Positions 13,352 to 27,041 of a DNA stretch of 64,000 nucleotides are shown here, one piece after another (the first letter of the stretch is position 1; each line of letters begins with the position of its first letter). A program made the position numbers and the translations under genes. The DNA is taken from NCBI GenBank assembly GCA_053919585.1, contig CM132795.1. The stretch is one strand, 5' to 3'. The notes beneath the pieces are model-generated. The model ran no database searches. It saw nothing but the letters and a program-made list of their open reading frames with translations, and had not been told where the DNA came from. Source of the stretch: Euprymna scolopes. Lineage: Eukaryota.

Positions 13352-13480
13352 GATTATGGCTAAGTGGTTAATGACACAAACTGATAACCTAGGTGTGCTC
13401 AGTTCGAATCCACAGAAGTACTTTCATTTAGGGATGTTGGCAACCGTCACGTGGTCCCTTCCGTAAGTAACCAATGTTTT
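13352..13480 (+). mobile_element. tRNA-derived SINE head
   Basis: A box TGGCTAAGTGG (~13357) and B box GTTCGAATCC (~13402) at tRNA-like spacing; no complete cloverleaf. Confidence 0.55.
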
Positions 13481-13539
13481 TTCTAGAAAAAATTGTAACT
13501 GTAAGATAGTGGGGAAATGAATGCCAACAATGACCATCT

Positions 13540-13860
13540 GATTCAACAGTAACATGAACGATGAGCTGACTGCCAAGATCAAAAAGGCAGGAAAGAGAGA
13601 GAGAAACTAATAATGTTCTGATGTTCTTTCATTCCAAAATGAATTGAAATCTGTTAAGGACTGGTCTCCTGAGTCACATGAGATCTCATGGTTGAAATCA
13701 ACGAAACGACTAAACAAGCGACACAAATGAGTTTAATATAGTTATGTGCAAACGAAAATCAGTCGACTTGCATGTCATATCTGCAGCAAGATTTGTGAAA
13801 ATAAGTTGAGCCTGCTTAGCCATCTGCGTGCCTACAAAAGAACAATCATCCACTATCCAC
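13540..13860 (+). mobile_element. RTE (BovB-like) LINE remnant
   Basis: NSNMNDELTAKIKKA fragment and C-terminal zinc finger CHICSKICENKLSLLSHLRA, both typical of RTE ORF ends. Confidence 0.6.
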
Positions 13861-13870
13861 TAGTGTGTGT

Positions 13871-13912
<42 letters not shown>

Positions 13913-15046
13913 GAAGAAAACGAGACAGAATTAAGAGTATGGTAATGATCTGGTGGAGGCCCTGAAAGAATATTTTTCTGACAGGCTCTTTACCTCTCCT
14001 TTGGTTTTCTCCCTGTTTCTCTCTATTTTTCTCTTTTCTTTTTCTCCTCTCCGTATGCTTGTCCATCGGTAGTCAATTTGGATCCTTTTTATACTTCCCC
14101 TGACTTCATTTCGAGACTTCTTAACTTAGTTGGCATAAAGCTACTCTTAATCAATGGGCTATAACGTTTGCCCATTTTTAACAGACTAAAATGTCTAATA
14201 TATATGTTAATCATGTTGCAATTTTTCTTATTTTCGATTCTAGTCATTTTAATTATACTAAAATTAAAATCTTGCCTTTTGAAGGAGGAGCAAAGGTATT
14301 AATATTAAACTACTAGCTGTATATACCCGACGTTGCCAAGGAGTCTTTACTTTCAATTTTTACCTAACAAATGTCCAAAGAAATTTGAAGACAGACATTT
14401 ACTTTTGTATAAAGATGTGTTACATTCATTCTTTCATTGCAGACAAAGTAGATAACAATGGACACAATAATTGTAAATCAGTGCCAATCAGCTGATGATG
14501 AGATATAATAGAAATATTAACTATTTGTGATACTTCAATAATAAAAAGAAAAGTGAAACACTTACATAGAAAAAAGCTGGATTCGTCTTATTTTTGAACT
14601 TAGATGGCCTCCTGTATCAACCCTGATTAGCTTTAAATAACTCATGGCACACTTTGGCTTATAAACAATCTCCATACTAATTGTAGTTGAAACGTGTTCA
14701 GTAGTTTCGAATTTTGTACTAGACAAGCTGCTAGACGACATTTTAACTTGTGGATATAAATCATAAGACGAGCTAATCTATTTTGATCAGTTGAAATATC
14801 AAACATAATTCAAGGATAAAATATTTGTTATGACATTGATTTGGCATCTTCCTTTTTTATGACTAATACTTACTCCTATGTTGAATAGGATCAAACTTCC
14901 AAAGAAAAAAACTGATGAAAAAAAGGCATTAGCAAACAAATACCATGTTTGTGTTTGCTTGTTTGACTCTGAGATAAAATCCAATGATCATCTCTAAACA
15001 TAAGAAGTAGCATAGATATTTACATGGACAATATTTATATACATCT

Positions 15047-15687
15047 ACTAGCATCCTTCCCGGCGTTGCCCGGTCGTAAAATACGCTTAAATATTACACT
15101 ATAATTCATGCAGATTTCATATTTACTATTATAGAACCAATAGTCTGTTGATTATTATATTGTACCCAATATATACCGGCGTATCCAGGTCATAAAATAC
15201 ACTTAAATCTTAATTCTTGCAGATTTCGTATTATCACAGAGCCAATTCTGTATTGAATATTAATATTGTACCCAATATATAGCAACGATTTCAAAAGTTA
15301 TAAAAAAAATGATTCCCGTATTATTAGCTAGAATCGAACCCGAAACATTTAGCGTTTCAACCTTGATTGTAAACATATGAGCTATCGACAGATAAACAAA
15401 GGTTAAAAATGAAGCGACTTTAAGCTATGAATGTATATTTACGCATTGTGCGGAAATAATAAGTTTTATCGAATCATTCCTACAAAGTTGAACTTTTTTT
15501 TTCAATTTTGACGTCTTAGCAACTATTTGCCGGCTAAAAACCATATTGAAATTGTTCCACGGGTCAAAATTTGCTATAAATCAAGTTTTAAATCCGTAAA
15601 AAAAAGAGTTTTATAGAGATGTTCTATGTACACACACAAGATCACTCATATAAAGTTAAAGTTGTGTTCTCCGCGATAGATATGTTC

Positions 15688-15740
<53 letters not shown>

Positions 15741-16336
15741 TACATGTTCGTGTGCTAGAATCTTATCATTCTAAATGCTATGCAATAAAGCACAATGCAG
15801 AAAATATGCATAAATAGAACTGAGCTAATTTAATTAGTAAAATGAAATCACTCATCTAATAAGAAATCATAAAAATGAATAATTAAAGTTCGTTTTTCAA
15901 AGAATATGCAAATTAGGTGACTTTTATTTAGTAGCTTGCATATCCATGACTGAGTATATTAAGAAGTTCGTTTTAATAATTTTTTTAAATAGAAAAAGTA
16001 GACTTTTAATATCAACGTAAATGCGACGAATAATTCAACTTTGTATGGATATAGATAAATGTTAAAATCACTGTGTAATTATTCTCTCAGAGTAGAGGTG
16101 TTTTAATTAGTCGACTGATAGGTATAATTGCCACATACTCAAAGTTGTATTATAAATGTCAAAAATGAATCATTGTAATAAACCGTAGATTTGTATAAAA
16201 AAACATTTTTCTGTGACTCCTTTTAATTTAAGGTTCGCCGCATCTAAAAAAAGAACACATTATATATAAGTAGAGACATAAATTAAAATATATTTAAGCG
16301 TGTTTTGCGACCTGGCAACATCGGGCGGCATGCTAA
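15047..16336. mobile_element. Helitron-like non-autonomous repeat(s) with inverted termini and an internal (TA)n
   Basis: ACTAGCATCCTTCCCGGCGTTGCCCGGTCGTAAAATACGCTTAAAT at 15047 and a diverged reverse complement at ~16290-16336. Confidence 0.6.
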
Positions 16337-16883
16337 TATTATATATAGGTAGACACCCGGTTCATATTAATGAAAATAATACATAGTCTAGTAAAATAAA
16401 ATGCGCATAATGTGCGCTTGGAAGCCAAAACACAACGCAATATTACGAAAATAAACTAATACTTGTCTGAAATTTATAAATTAAATATATTTTGGAGTCA
16501 AAGTCCATCTTCAGTATTTTGTATGCCGTTTTCCTTTCTTTTTTTCGTTCTTTTTTCTTTTTTTTTTTCTTTCTTGCCATGTTGTAAAGTTGGAGAAAGA
16601 AAAGTCAGTTTGTAAAAATCCGCGCGTTGTCTCTCAGTGTTTTGAAAGGCAGGAACGGTGCGTTGGCTACGCAAGATTAATATCAGGGTTGTGAATTCCG
16701 TTATAGACGTGTTGATTTAATTTGAATAAAATAAAATATCCATCAGGTGCGCTTGAAAGCCAAATCACAACGCAAAGGTAATATGACCAAGACCATGTGA
16801 CATCCTTTTAAAGTGAAAACAATATAACGTTTTTTTTTTATAATGTAAGTAAGCAGAAGAGAAGCCAAGATAAGCAGAGAGCA

Positions 16884-16962
16884 CATACAGCGCCTAGCAT
16901 TCCCAAATGGTTACCCATCTGATACTGGTCAGGGCCATTGTTACTTAACTTTGGTGATTAGA
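16884..16962 (-). pseudogene. 5S rRNA-derived sequence (3' two-thirds)
   Basis: The reverse complement aligns by eye to eukaryotic 5S (..TCACCGAAGTTAAG..GATGGGTGACC..TGGGAAT..GCTGTA) with many substitutions. Confidence 0.75.
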
Positions 16963-18358
16963 GCTACAGAGGTCTCTAGTCCTCTGCTTAAACTATCGTT
17001 TATGATGTCATCCAGACGTTAATAGGTAATGCCGACTCTATGGACAAATAAGAAGCATACTTCATGTTATTCATTAGAAGACCAGTATATGTTGAGAGAG
17101 AGAATTCATTGTTCATAGAATTTCTGAACAATAAGTCTTTTATCTGCAACAATTTTGAAAACTCAATTGAAAAGAAATTATTCACAGATGCCAAATAAAT
17201 ATGTGATTCATTTTACACTTAAAGGAAGATCTTGCGGATCTTATCTAAATATTTTGAGATTTAGATTTTTAAAATGACAAAATGTCTCGAAAGTGCATAA
17301 AATTAATGTTCACAGAAGTTAATGATGAATATGCTATGCTGTTAATAATAATAATAAAAATAAAATAGAAAGTGCGCCATATAACTCTCACTTCCTATTT
17401 ATTTCGTCTTTTAGTCCTCGCATTCCATGAGCGATGGAGGAGGAAGAATTGCTGTTTTCTGGGTTGGAATCTATCCATACAACATTTATCATTGGCTAGT
17501 TAAAAACCATGAAGTGGTATTTGTTTTATTAGTTCAAGTAGCTTCAAATCTTGTCTGGAGCGATTTCCATGAAAAATAACTTCATCAATTTTGATTAGTT
17601 GAGGCAAACGTCAGGATAACTTGAATGTCAGATTGTAAAATTAGTTTTAAACTGTGGCAACATAATAGACATGCAGATTTGATTACGATTGTCAGGAAAT
17701 GTCATTTTTTATCAAAATTATTCACACATTGGATCTAACTAACAATCGTACTTAATTTTTTTTTCTTCAGGTGGGGTGGGAGACATACTTCCACCGGGCA
17801 ACACCAGTACACGTATCCTGCTAGTAGATATATAAAAGATAAGGACACAATTAGAAGATAATTTGCCATTCAACAAGTTTACACTTTGTATTGTTCTGTA
17901 GAGGGGACAGGATGGTCAGCTTGTGTGATAGACGATCCCGTCCCCATGTGTATGGTGAATGTATTGGATGGTAGAAGGATTGAAAAGCAAAAGGTCGCAT
18001 AGTGATGATGAAAACATACCGGTATATATCAGCGAAAGAACGCAGATTGATAGCTGTGAGAGGCTGACAGGCTAGTCAAAAGCGCTGTTGGTGACCGATG
18101 CCCCTATCGGGAGCGACTCTTCATTACATGTTGACTGCTCGAGAGTTCAGCGGAAAAAAAAGAAATATAAGAAACAGGAAGTCACGTGGTTATGTCACTC
18201 TCCAGTTATCAGAGTTAAAGGGCGACAATCGAGTTAGCCTGGGAGTTTTAATTCCCACAGTTCGCTACCGAATATAAATTATTTTTAAAAAAATTGACAT
18301 GTAAACGTTTTAAATCTAGACTTGTAAGAAGATAAAATAAAGATTTGATTGAACTCAC

Positions 18359-18496
18359 CTCAACGTCATTCATTTCTGGAGTGACAGCATCAAGATTCTT
18401 TTCTGTAAGTGTGAATTCCATTTGTTGGCGATTCATTTCCTTCTCCCAAAGTTTCAGCTCCAATTTGTATTTCTCCACTTCCGTATCGTCAGTGAT
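18359..18496 (-). CDS. CFAP65: CFAP65/CCDC108-like exon, 138 nt (ITDDTEVEKYKLELKLWEKEMNRQQMEFTLTEKNLDAVTPEMNDVE)
   Basis: Acceptor tttttctgcAG, donor GTGAGT, phase 0-0. Resembles recalled CFAP65 YHKELQEWKDEKVRQEVEFTITD. Confidence 0.88.
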
Positions 18497-18659
18497 CTGC
18501 AGAAAAACAACAACTAAACTAAGAACGCTACTGTAACTTATCAAAGATTTTCAGGTTTTACCTTTCAATAACATGTAATCAGCATGAATGGAGCAATGTG
18601 CACTGGCACAGACTATGGAATCGGCTGGGCCTAGTTTAAATCCAATTGGACTAAACATT

Positions 18660-18888
18660 CAGCAAACATGTCTTCATAGCTCGGGCATTAACATAAAAGG
18701 AAAAAGTAAATCGTAAGCTAAACGTGTTGGTTTCGATTCTTGGTGGTGCCGCACAAGCCATTTCTTTTTCAACATTCTAAATCATTACTATGTATTGGGT
18801 CCAATATAATATAATAATACGAAATTTTCATTAATCCAAATATAAAATTTAAGCATATTTATGACTGAGCAATGCCGGGCGGCCTACT
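18660..18888 (-). mobile_element. Helitron-like repeat, terminal fragment
   Basis: Homologous to 8225-8450 and 31305-31465. Confidence 0.6.
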
Positions 18889-19333
18889 ATATATATATAC
18901 ATATATATACATACATACATATATTAGTTTATAAACATATATAGTACTGGTTTCAAAAGTTAAAAAAATGATTTGGGGTGTCATCAGCTAGAATCGAAAA
19001 CAAAACTTTTAATGATCCAGCTGCGTTCCTTAACGTTTGAGCTATCAACAAATAATGATTTAAAATTAAGCCACTTAGAACTATGAGTGTATTTGCGCAT
19101 GTGCAAATGTAATAGAAATATGTTGATACGTCGAAATGAACATTTTGCGTTTCTACTTGCAGACATATTTCTGTATGCATTATTCATCCATCCAAACAAA
19201 GATTTCACTTCTTATTAAGCATCCTTGGTGTATGATTACAATTTTCTTTTAATTTCAGTGGTATGTGACCAGTAGTTGAAGAGTTCATCGGTTAAATATT
19301 TACACACAGACACATACATCTACTGTTATACAT

Positions 19334-19391
<58 letters not shown>

Positions 19392-20158
19392 GTGTGTGGC
19401 TGTGTGTGACTAGAAATCAATTTAAATTGGCTAAACCGGAAGGAGATAAATAGAATAAAATGATTGAAAGTATAAAACAATGACAAAACTATCAATTTCC
19501 ATTAGTCACATCTTTTTATATTTTTCTTAATAATTTCCAACTTGATATAAAAGAATCTAGGAGAAAACTAGTTTTAATTGTAAATGTAATAATTTTATAT
19601 TTTCTTTTTGTTGTTCAAACTTTAAGTTTGAAACTGTCTCACACTATTCATGAAAATCTCCGCGTGATATCAAATGCATTATTTAAATTTACTTTCTTTG
19701 CACATCTTTTACTCATGCAATACGGCTGTGAGTGAAATATCACTTTCGTCAGATTAAACTGGTTATCTTACTGTAGAACAACGAAAAAAAAAATGGGAAA
19801 ATTTTATTATGCTATTATAATAGAATGTAGAAGAGATAATTTAGAAGACAGGAGAAGAAAAATCAAGATTTGATTAGCATTGATTGACTCCCTATTTATT
19901 TGCCTCCCCACAAAGGCATAGTTAGACAAGGTCGGGTTTTTATATGGGGTGAGGGAGATTGAGACAAAAGATTAAAATTGATTCAGTTTAGAAGGGGAAA
20001 AAAATGTGGTATTTGCTCCTAGTCAGTCCAAACAAAAGGGCTGATTTCAAATGACCCCAAACACTCAATTACTGTAACCTAGCCACTACTAAACTATGGC
20101 TCACGTGTCAACAGTAATGTGAATACATAAGTATACATAAACATATACATATGTGTCT

Positions 20159-20212
<54 letters not shown>

Positions 20213-20999
20213 CCTGTATTTCTTACTTGTGTCAATTGTCTAGTGGTCTATATCACAGTGTCTTTGATATCTAATGAATGTGTGTATACATAGTATAGAA
20301 ATATTTGTGTACTCTATGTATATAAAATGTTTGTTGTGTGTGCGGCCGCTTCTTCACAAATACATGTAGTTAACAAACGTTTCACAAACTTACACAGACA
20401 CCTTTTTACAATCAAATGATAGCAATATGTCTGCTCATCTCAGACCAAAGCAACCACATACCTTCTTATTGGTCCAAACTCCTAAAAGAACGCCATAATA
20501 ACGAATTATATTTTACATGGGTTTATTCATCTTATGGATTGTCTTGTTGGAGTTTGGCACGCTGAGTCTTTCTACATTTTAATTCCTTACTCTTTCTGCT
20601 TCCAACAGGGTCGTCTATACGCCTGTTCGCTAACACATTTCTCACCAACTCATTAGTTTGATCTGTGCTAACTATTATGCCACCGTGTCCTTCATGTGAT
20701 CTTAACCTTGTTTATTTAAACTAACGAATGTTCCAATCTTCTTTAAAATTCCTACATCGAGATTGTTTATTTTATCTCTGAGGCAAATCCTAACTAAACA
20801 TTCAAAGCTTTAAATCAACATTTTCCAAAATCTAATTGTTTTATTTTTCTAATGATGATAATAATAATGATAATAGACCAGGTTAATCAGCGTTCTCTGG
20901 TCAATATTTAACAACTGGACCACATAAAAAAATTCTATATTATACCTAGAAAAAGAACAAGCAGAGTACATGAGGAAATATTCAGGTATCAAAGACCAG

Positions 21000-21580
21000 T
21001 TGTTGATTGATAAGACCATCGGTGAGGAATGTAGGAAGTCAGAGAAACCTTACCAAAATTGTATGCCCTATTGATTACTGTGGTGCCTTGAATTATTGAA
21101 TTATATAAAATCCATCCAATAATCAAGAAAACCATGGCTGTATATAATAAAATGTGACAAACAAGTATGTTATTAAGCCACACTAATGGAACAATGACAA
21201 TCCCTGATGCCAAGATTTGATGAGGAATTTTCAAAGACAACAGCTTATCTCCTTTACTCTTTTATCTGGAAATAGATCTGCTAAATAAACTAGTGAATAA
21301 AAAATACCAGAGTACCTACACATTGAGCCAGGGCTGCTAACAAGACCCAAACAAAAGAGTCAATCACCTGCTCTTCATACATGACCTCAAGCTGCATGCC
21401 AGTTTAGACTTTGACTTTAGTCGATTGTTGCAGGTTGTATATGACTTCTTCGAAGATATTAGAATGAAATTTGGTTTGGACAAATATGCCAAGTTCTTCC
21501 TCAAAATTGTGATGATCCAAACTAAAAGCATAAAACTTGATGAAGATACTGACATCAAAGACCTAGAAGAGCAGGAATAA
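21000..21580 (+). mobile_element. R4/Dong-type non-LTR reverse transcriptase remnant
   Basis: Decayed motifs GIFKDNSLSPLLF (GIFQGDSLSPLLF), NHLLFIHDLKL (FMDDLKL) and DIRMKFGLDKYA. Confidence 0.7.
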
Positions 21581-22049
21581 AACATTTTTTTTAAATCACG
21601 ATAAATTATAATAATAAATTATTATAAATTATTTGTCAATATTAAAAAAAAGTCATTTAAACGCTGAAGTTTTTAAAGCTAAAATCCCTTCAACAGTTTA
21701 CATTTAAAGACGGGAATTCTTTCGAGATAAGTTGTTGCAATATTAATTTTTATTTTTATCCTTTTAAATTCAAATGTTAATAACTACATTTTATTTTAGT
21801 ATTTAATTTATATTTTTATTTTTTATTTTATTTAATAATAGATTTTCTCGTCCATAAATATTGTTTATTATATCTACCATGTTGATCTTAAAGACACCAC
21901 TCTGTTATATCAGTTAAGATAAAAATGAAATGTAATAAGTTCGCTGGTGTACCTCTCCATTGTACAGTATATCAATACTCTATGGCTGACTGGGATAACT
22001 TCTATACATTTATATAAGATCTACCTCTGTGTTCCATGTATAAATAGGA

Positions 22050-22450
22050 TGTGCCCTGACGGAATGGTTAATTGTAGGTATAGACCGTTTCATACCCTCG
22101 AAAAAGTTTCAGCAAAAACCTAACAGCCAGCCGTGGTTCTCTCAAGAATGTGCTGCTGCCAGTGTGCACAGAAATCACTTTTTCCATTGCTTCCAACGTA
22201 ATAGATGTCCTAAAGCTGCTTTCAGGACTGCCAGCAGCCACTATAAAAAAGTAATAAAGAATGCAAGAGAGTTGTATGCTCAGTCTGTCAAGTCTAAAGT
22301 AGCTGAGCAGCGACTTGGCTCCCACCAGTTTTGGCAAATAGCAAACAGAATTCTGAACAGAAGCGTGTGCTCTATCCCAATCATCATCAATGGACCTGAG
22401 GTAATCTCGTCAGCATCAGACAAGGCCAAACTCTTAGCCAAAAATTGGCA
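22050..22450 (+). mobile_element. CR1/Zenon-type LINE ORF2 internal fragment
   Basis: SQPWFSQECAAA..RNHFFH...FWQIANRILNR...SSASDKAKLLA; homologous to 9880-10130. Confidence 0.75.
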
Positions 22451-23284
22451 GAGAATATGTATGCCATGTAAGAAATATTTGCAAAACCCAATTTAGAATC
22501 AAAAACAAAGTAACTGTCACAATTAGCCATGTCAGTAATAGCATGCAGCTTGGACATTATTGATTGAAAACAAAAAGACATTAATGGTTAGGCACTAAAA
22601 TAGAGAAAATGTTGACACTGTGCAGAGTAGTATACAGAAACCAGTGTCTACAAATTTTTCTCTCAGAAATTGACCATCAAAATTGAGCTACTAATGTGAG
22701 CACTAGCAATATCTGATGAGCTCCCAGAATCCATAACTTATGATGGTACATAACCACTACAACAACCTCCATCACGAAACTGAACACACATTTTGTACAA
22801 TACTGTTTTACAAATGAAACAAAAATACAAAATAAGTTTGCCAAATAGCTTACAAGAATCGTTAAAAATCCACCAAGAATTTTGTTTGAGGAGAACTGGA
22901 AGAATATACCAACCAACAACGAGCCAAATATTTTCTAGATGAATTATCTCAGGAACATATAAATAAAAAAGACTCTGCAGACCGGATAAAAGAATTTCAA
23001 AAATTACCTTGCAAATATACCTGGTGACCAAAGTACAATAGATATACCAACAATTGTGCTTAAAGGCACAGTTAGAACTTAAAATTATCTATTGGGTAAA
23101 GGATTTGAAATCATGAGTGAATGCCTGGAATCCTATAGGGTGCTCTATCCCCAGAAAAAAAAAAAGATAGGAAAATTGAAAAGAAAAAAAATACCTGCTT
23201 ATGCAAAAAAAATTTAACTGATTTTTATAAAACAGTTCTATGTGTATATGTAACGTTATAGTTCTTGTTTGTTTGTTTCTTATA

Positions 23285-23790
23285 ATTTTTTTTACTCACG
23301 TTCACCCCTAACAAGGCATATCACCACTTGGATGTAAGGGGCTATTATTTGGGACCAGACTTAGGAAAGATTAACAAGATGTTGGTTTACGTTACATTTG
23401 AACTTCTGCATATCAGTACAGTTAGGAAAGCAAGTAGTGGGAAGGGAATTTGAAAGTCTAGCTGTTTGAGGAAAGAAACTATTAGAGTAGAAAGCTTTTT
23501 CGTATTTAGGAACCTCAACAGTGAAGGGGTGAGATTTTGTTAAGCGAAATTGTCGATATGTACATCAAGAGGGCACAAATGCAACGAGTTCATCAGAACA
23601 TTTAAATATTTGTAAAACAAGGCACCGATGCAACATTATGGTGATGAGACAGGGGTTGGAGCTTAGTTGACAAAAGTTGGACTTATTAGATAGATAAGGT
23701 CACAAAAATTAATTTTCTAAGAGCGAGAGGCTAGGGATAGGTGCACCAGCCCAGATATGGCAACACTCCATAAGTTTCAGATATAAACCC
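23285..23790 (-). mobile_element. CR1/Zenon-type LINE 3' fragment
   Basis: Colinear with 9160-9660. Confidence 0.8.
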
Positions 23791-23904
23791 TCATAACCCT
23801 ATATATTCTTTAACTGCATAAACCAGAGTACTTGTATGGATGGATAAGTATATTTCATTTTGATCAAATTAGGTAAAACATTGAGAGGCTCCTGCTTGTA
23901 ATTG

Positions 23905-23949
<45 letters not shown>

Positions 23950-23951
<2 letters not shown>

Positions 23952-24860
23952 TAGCATTTCAGCCCGGCGTTCGGCGTTGCCCGAGTGTTTGGATGTGTAT
24001 GTTGAGCCAAAAAAAAAAAAAAAAAAGTGGTAGTATGAAGGCAGGCTCGAACCCGTACCGCAAAGGAGGAAAAGAACGGGGTAAAACCTAACGTTTATGC
24101 TGTTACGACCACCGCCAAACCGGAAGCGACATTTTTTAAAATTAAGGCTAGACAGTCTAAAGGAGAAGATAACTTTAAAAAATATCGGCGAAAAAAGTGA
24201 CTCCCCCCCCCCTGTAGAAAAGTGCCTAGTTGAAGGGGAAGATATTAATGTTTTTAGCCGATTTTTCGATATTTGTCGTATGAAAGATAGAACTTTAAAA
24301 CGATACTGATCTTGGTAAAATTCGTCGCCTCTATTCAAAGTTTAAGGCAGACATGCAAGCCGACAGACATACATACATACATACATACATTTATATATTG
24401 GTAACTAAAATTTTTCGACCGAAACTGATGAAAAAGCTTGCCCTATCACTGAATACCCTTTATGTAAAATTTAAAATATTTAGAAATTGTCTGAGTAATT
24501 TGGAAGAGACCGCAGAGGTCAATTTGTTTTTTAACTCTGACCCCTATTATGACCCCTTAACATTTATTGTTTTGGGCTCAAATCAAGTTATTAAGTTAGA
24601 TCCATGTCCAAGGAACCTATATCTAAAATTTCAAGTGTTTAGACCCAAAATTGTCGGAGGAGTTTGGTAGAGTTCTCAAAGGTCAAATCGTTGAACTTTG
24701 ACCTCTTAACAGCCAAATTTCTGGCCGAAAACCGATCACATCGATTTTCCTAAATCTCAGTACCCTGTATATCAAATTTCGAGTCTGTAGACTAAAAATT
24801 AACAGAGTTATTGCGAAGTGAAATGTACATAGACACGTTAACTTTTATATATATATATAT
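23950..24860 (+). mobile_element. Helitron/Helentron-associated non-autonomous element inserted in (TA)n
   Basis: ACTAGC..CCCGGCGTT..GCCCG terminus, internal (ACAT)n and diverged ~120-bp subrepeats; ends ...TTAACTTTTATATATA, with TA tracts on both sides. Confidence 0.55.
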
Positions 24861-25229
24861 ATATATATACATAGAGAGAGAGAGAGAGAAAAAATACGTT
24901 TTATTTTATTTTATTACGTGAAAATGATAGAAATTACTAAACAAAAATAGAGAAGTTCCTAAAATGTTTAGGGCTTAAAGCAGGCCTACATAATGATAAG
25001 CATTGATTCCTGGGAAACGACAGATGTTCTAAAAAATGTACATCAGGAATAGTTAAAATAGAATTAGATTAATTGGAATCTGAAACATATCAATTATTTT
25101 CTCTCTTGCGCGTTTTATAGCAAGAAACAGATTTGAAAACTTTTCAAATATGACACATAAATAAATTTATCTTATCTTAATATGAAATACTTTAATTAAC
25201 ACTCTTGAATGTTTCCATATTAGCAAATG

Positions 25230-26116
25230 CGAGGTGCTTTCAATAAGTTTCCATTGCTATACATCTTATGAGATGACTAATTTTTATGATTTCAGGTTCA
25301 AATTAATAGCTATAGCAGGAATTAGAATACACCCTACTAAAGTCTGATTGTCACAGCTGGTGAATTTCAAAAATGCAATCTGAATGGGAAGAGACTTTAG
25401 AAGAACGATATGCAATAAAATTTTGTTTTAAACTTGGAAAAAATGCCACAGAAACGTATGGAATGCTTCAGACTCCTTTTGGATGAACTTGCATGAATCG
25501 AGCATCAGTTTTTGAGTGGCATAAGAGATTCAAGGAAGGCAGGGAGTCTGAGGAATGATGAAAGGTGTATGAGGGGTAAGGAAGTCAGAACACCAGAGTT
25601 GATTAGCCAAATAAAGAATTTCATGGATAAGGACTGTTGTGTGTCTATAGAGACAATAAGTGCACAGTTTGATGCCAGTGTGGAAACTGTGCACACAATT
25701 ATTCATGAGGAACTAAAGATGTGGAAGATTTGTGCAAAGTCTGTCCCAAGGGTACAGTCCACAACTCCATCCTTGTCCTTGACTATTTTACCAAGATGGA
25801 CATCAAGACAGTACCTCACTCTCCCTGTAAGCCCAGACTGTGCTCCCTGTGACTTTTGCTTATTCGCCAAGTTCAAGGAAAACCTTGGAGGCCATCATTA
25901 TAAGATGATTGAGGAGATGGAAGAGGCTATGACGAGGGTCATTGGCACACTCACACAAGAGAACTTTTGTGGAACCTTATAGAAGTTGTTGGATTGGTAC
26001 AACAAGCGTAAGGCAACCGGAGGAGATTATTTCGAAGAGGACTAGAGCTTTATGTGAGTACTATCAATAAAAGTGCCCATACGAAAAAAGTCTGGAAACT
26101 TATTGAAGACACCTTG
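25230..26116 (+). mobile_element. Internally deleted mariner (Tc1/mariner) transposon, 887 bp
   Basis: TIRs cgaggtgctttcaataagtttcca / tggaaacttattgaagacaccttg followed by TA; transposase remnants ERYAIKFCFKLGKNATETY and SPDCAPCDF with stops. Confidence 0.9.
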
Positions 26117-27041
26117 TAAATGTCAAATAATTTTTATTTAATAAATATGATATTAATGCTTTTGGAATTCAAATAATTATTAAGGAAAATTCAAAGTTTA
26201 CAGCAAAATAAGTTAAGTTTATCTAGTATTTATCCCGGAAATCCTTTTCTCAATATAGTCATTTTTTGCAAATTATCAGATTTAATACTAATTTTTTCTA
26301 TATAGTTATTCTTAGCAAATTATCAGATTCCATATTAACTGTACACTGCCCACGGAGTTTTCTTTCTTTTTTTTTTTACTTTAAACTTAATGTAGGTTCC
26401 TACATTATTAAGTTTAAAAAATAATAAATTTCAAAACAAAATAAAATTAATTTAAGATCCATTTCAATTTCAGTTTATCTAATAATTGTCCCTGAAATCC
26501 TTTTCTCTATATTTATTTCTTAATTTGCTTTAGTTTGTGTCTTTTCGAAATCACCTTTATATATACACTAGGTAATACTAAAATTAAACTATATTAATCG
26601 CTTATGATTTTGAAAATCAAATTTAATTATCACAATATTGTTTGGTTATTACATTATTAAAAAAATCAACGAAATTGTTATAAAAGTCTAAACTAATTGT
26701 GATATGGTGTTGTTTTAATTCCTATAAAATTAATAGATGTAAATAGCGTCATTAATCTACAATTTAACTATACATGCATCAATATAACCTATACATTCCA
26801 ATTTGTTAAGATTAAAGCCAGAAATTATTTTCTATTCAACTATTTCTAATTTAAATATGTCTAATTTCCTTTCAAATTGTTAAGAATTACAAAGTAATGT
26901 ATTTTTTTTTTTTTACATGTATTTAAACAATATTAAAATGGTTTACATTCTGGGATCAAAATTTTCGCCACATAAAACATTAACTTTGTGTCTAATTCTG
27001 CTGTCACAGGATGGCAATAAACATGGGCAAAGAAGAAGTTA

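Noticed and set aside
13352-13425. Functional tRNA gene (also considered for the heads at 49460 and 49826)
   Set aside because: A/B boxes are present but acceptor and anticodon stems do not pair properly; treated as SINE heads
14566-14630. Possible extra minus-strand exon with a strong GTAAGT donor
   Set aside because: No acceptor gives a stop-free phase 0-0 exon compatible with the flanking exons
17890-18270. GC-richer block, possible solo LTR
   Set aside because: No clear termini, TSD or second copy
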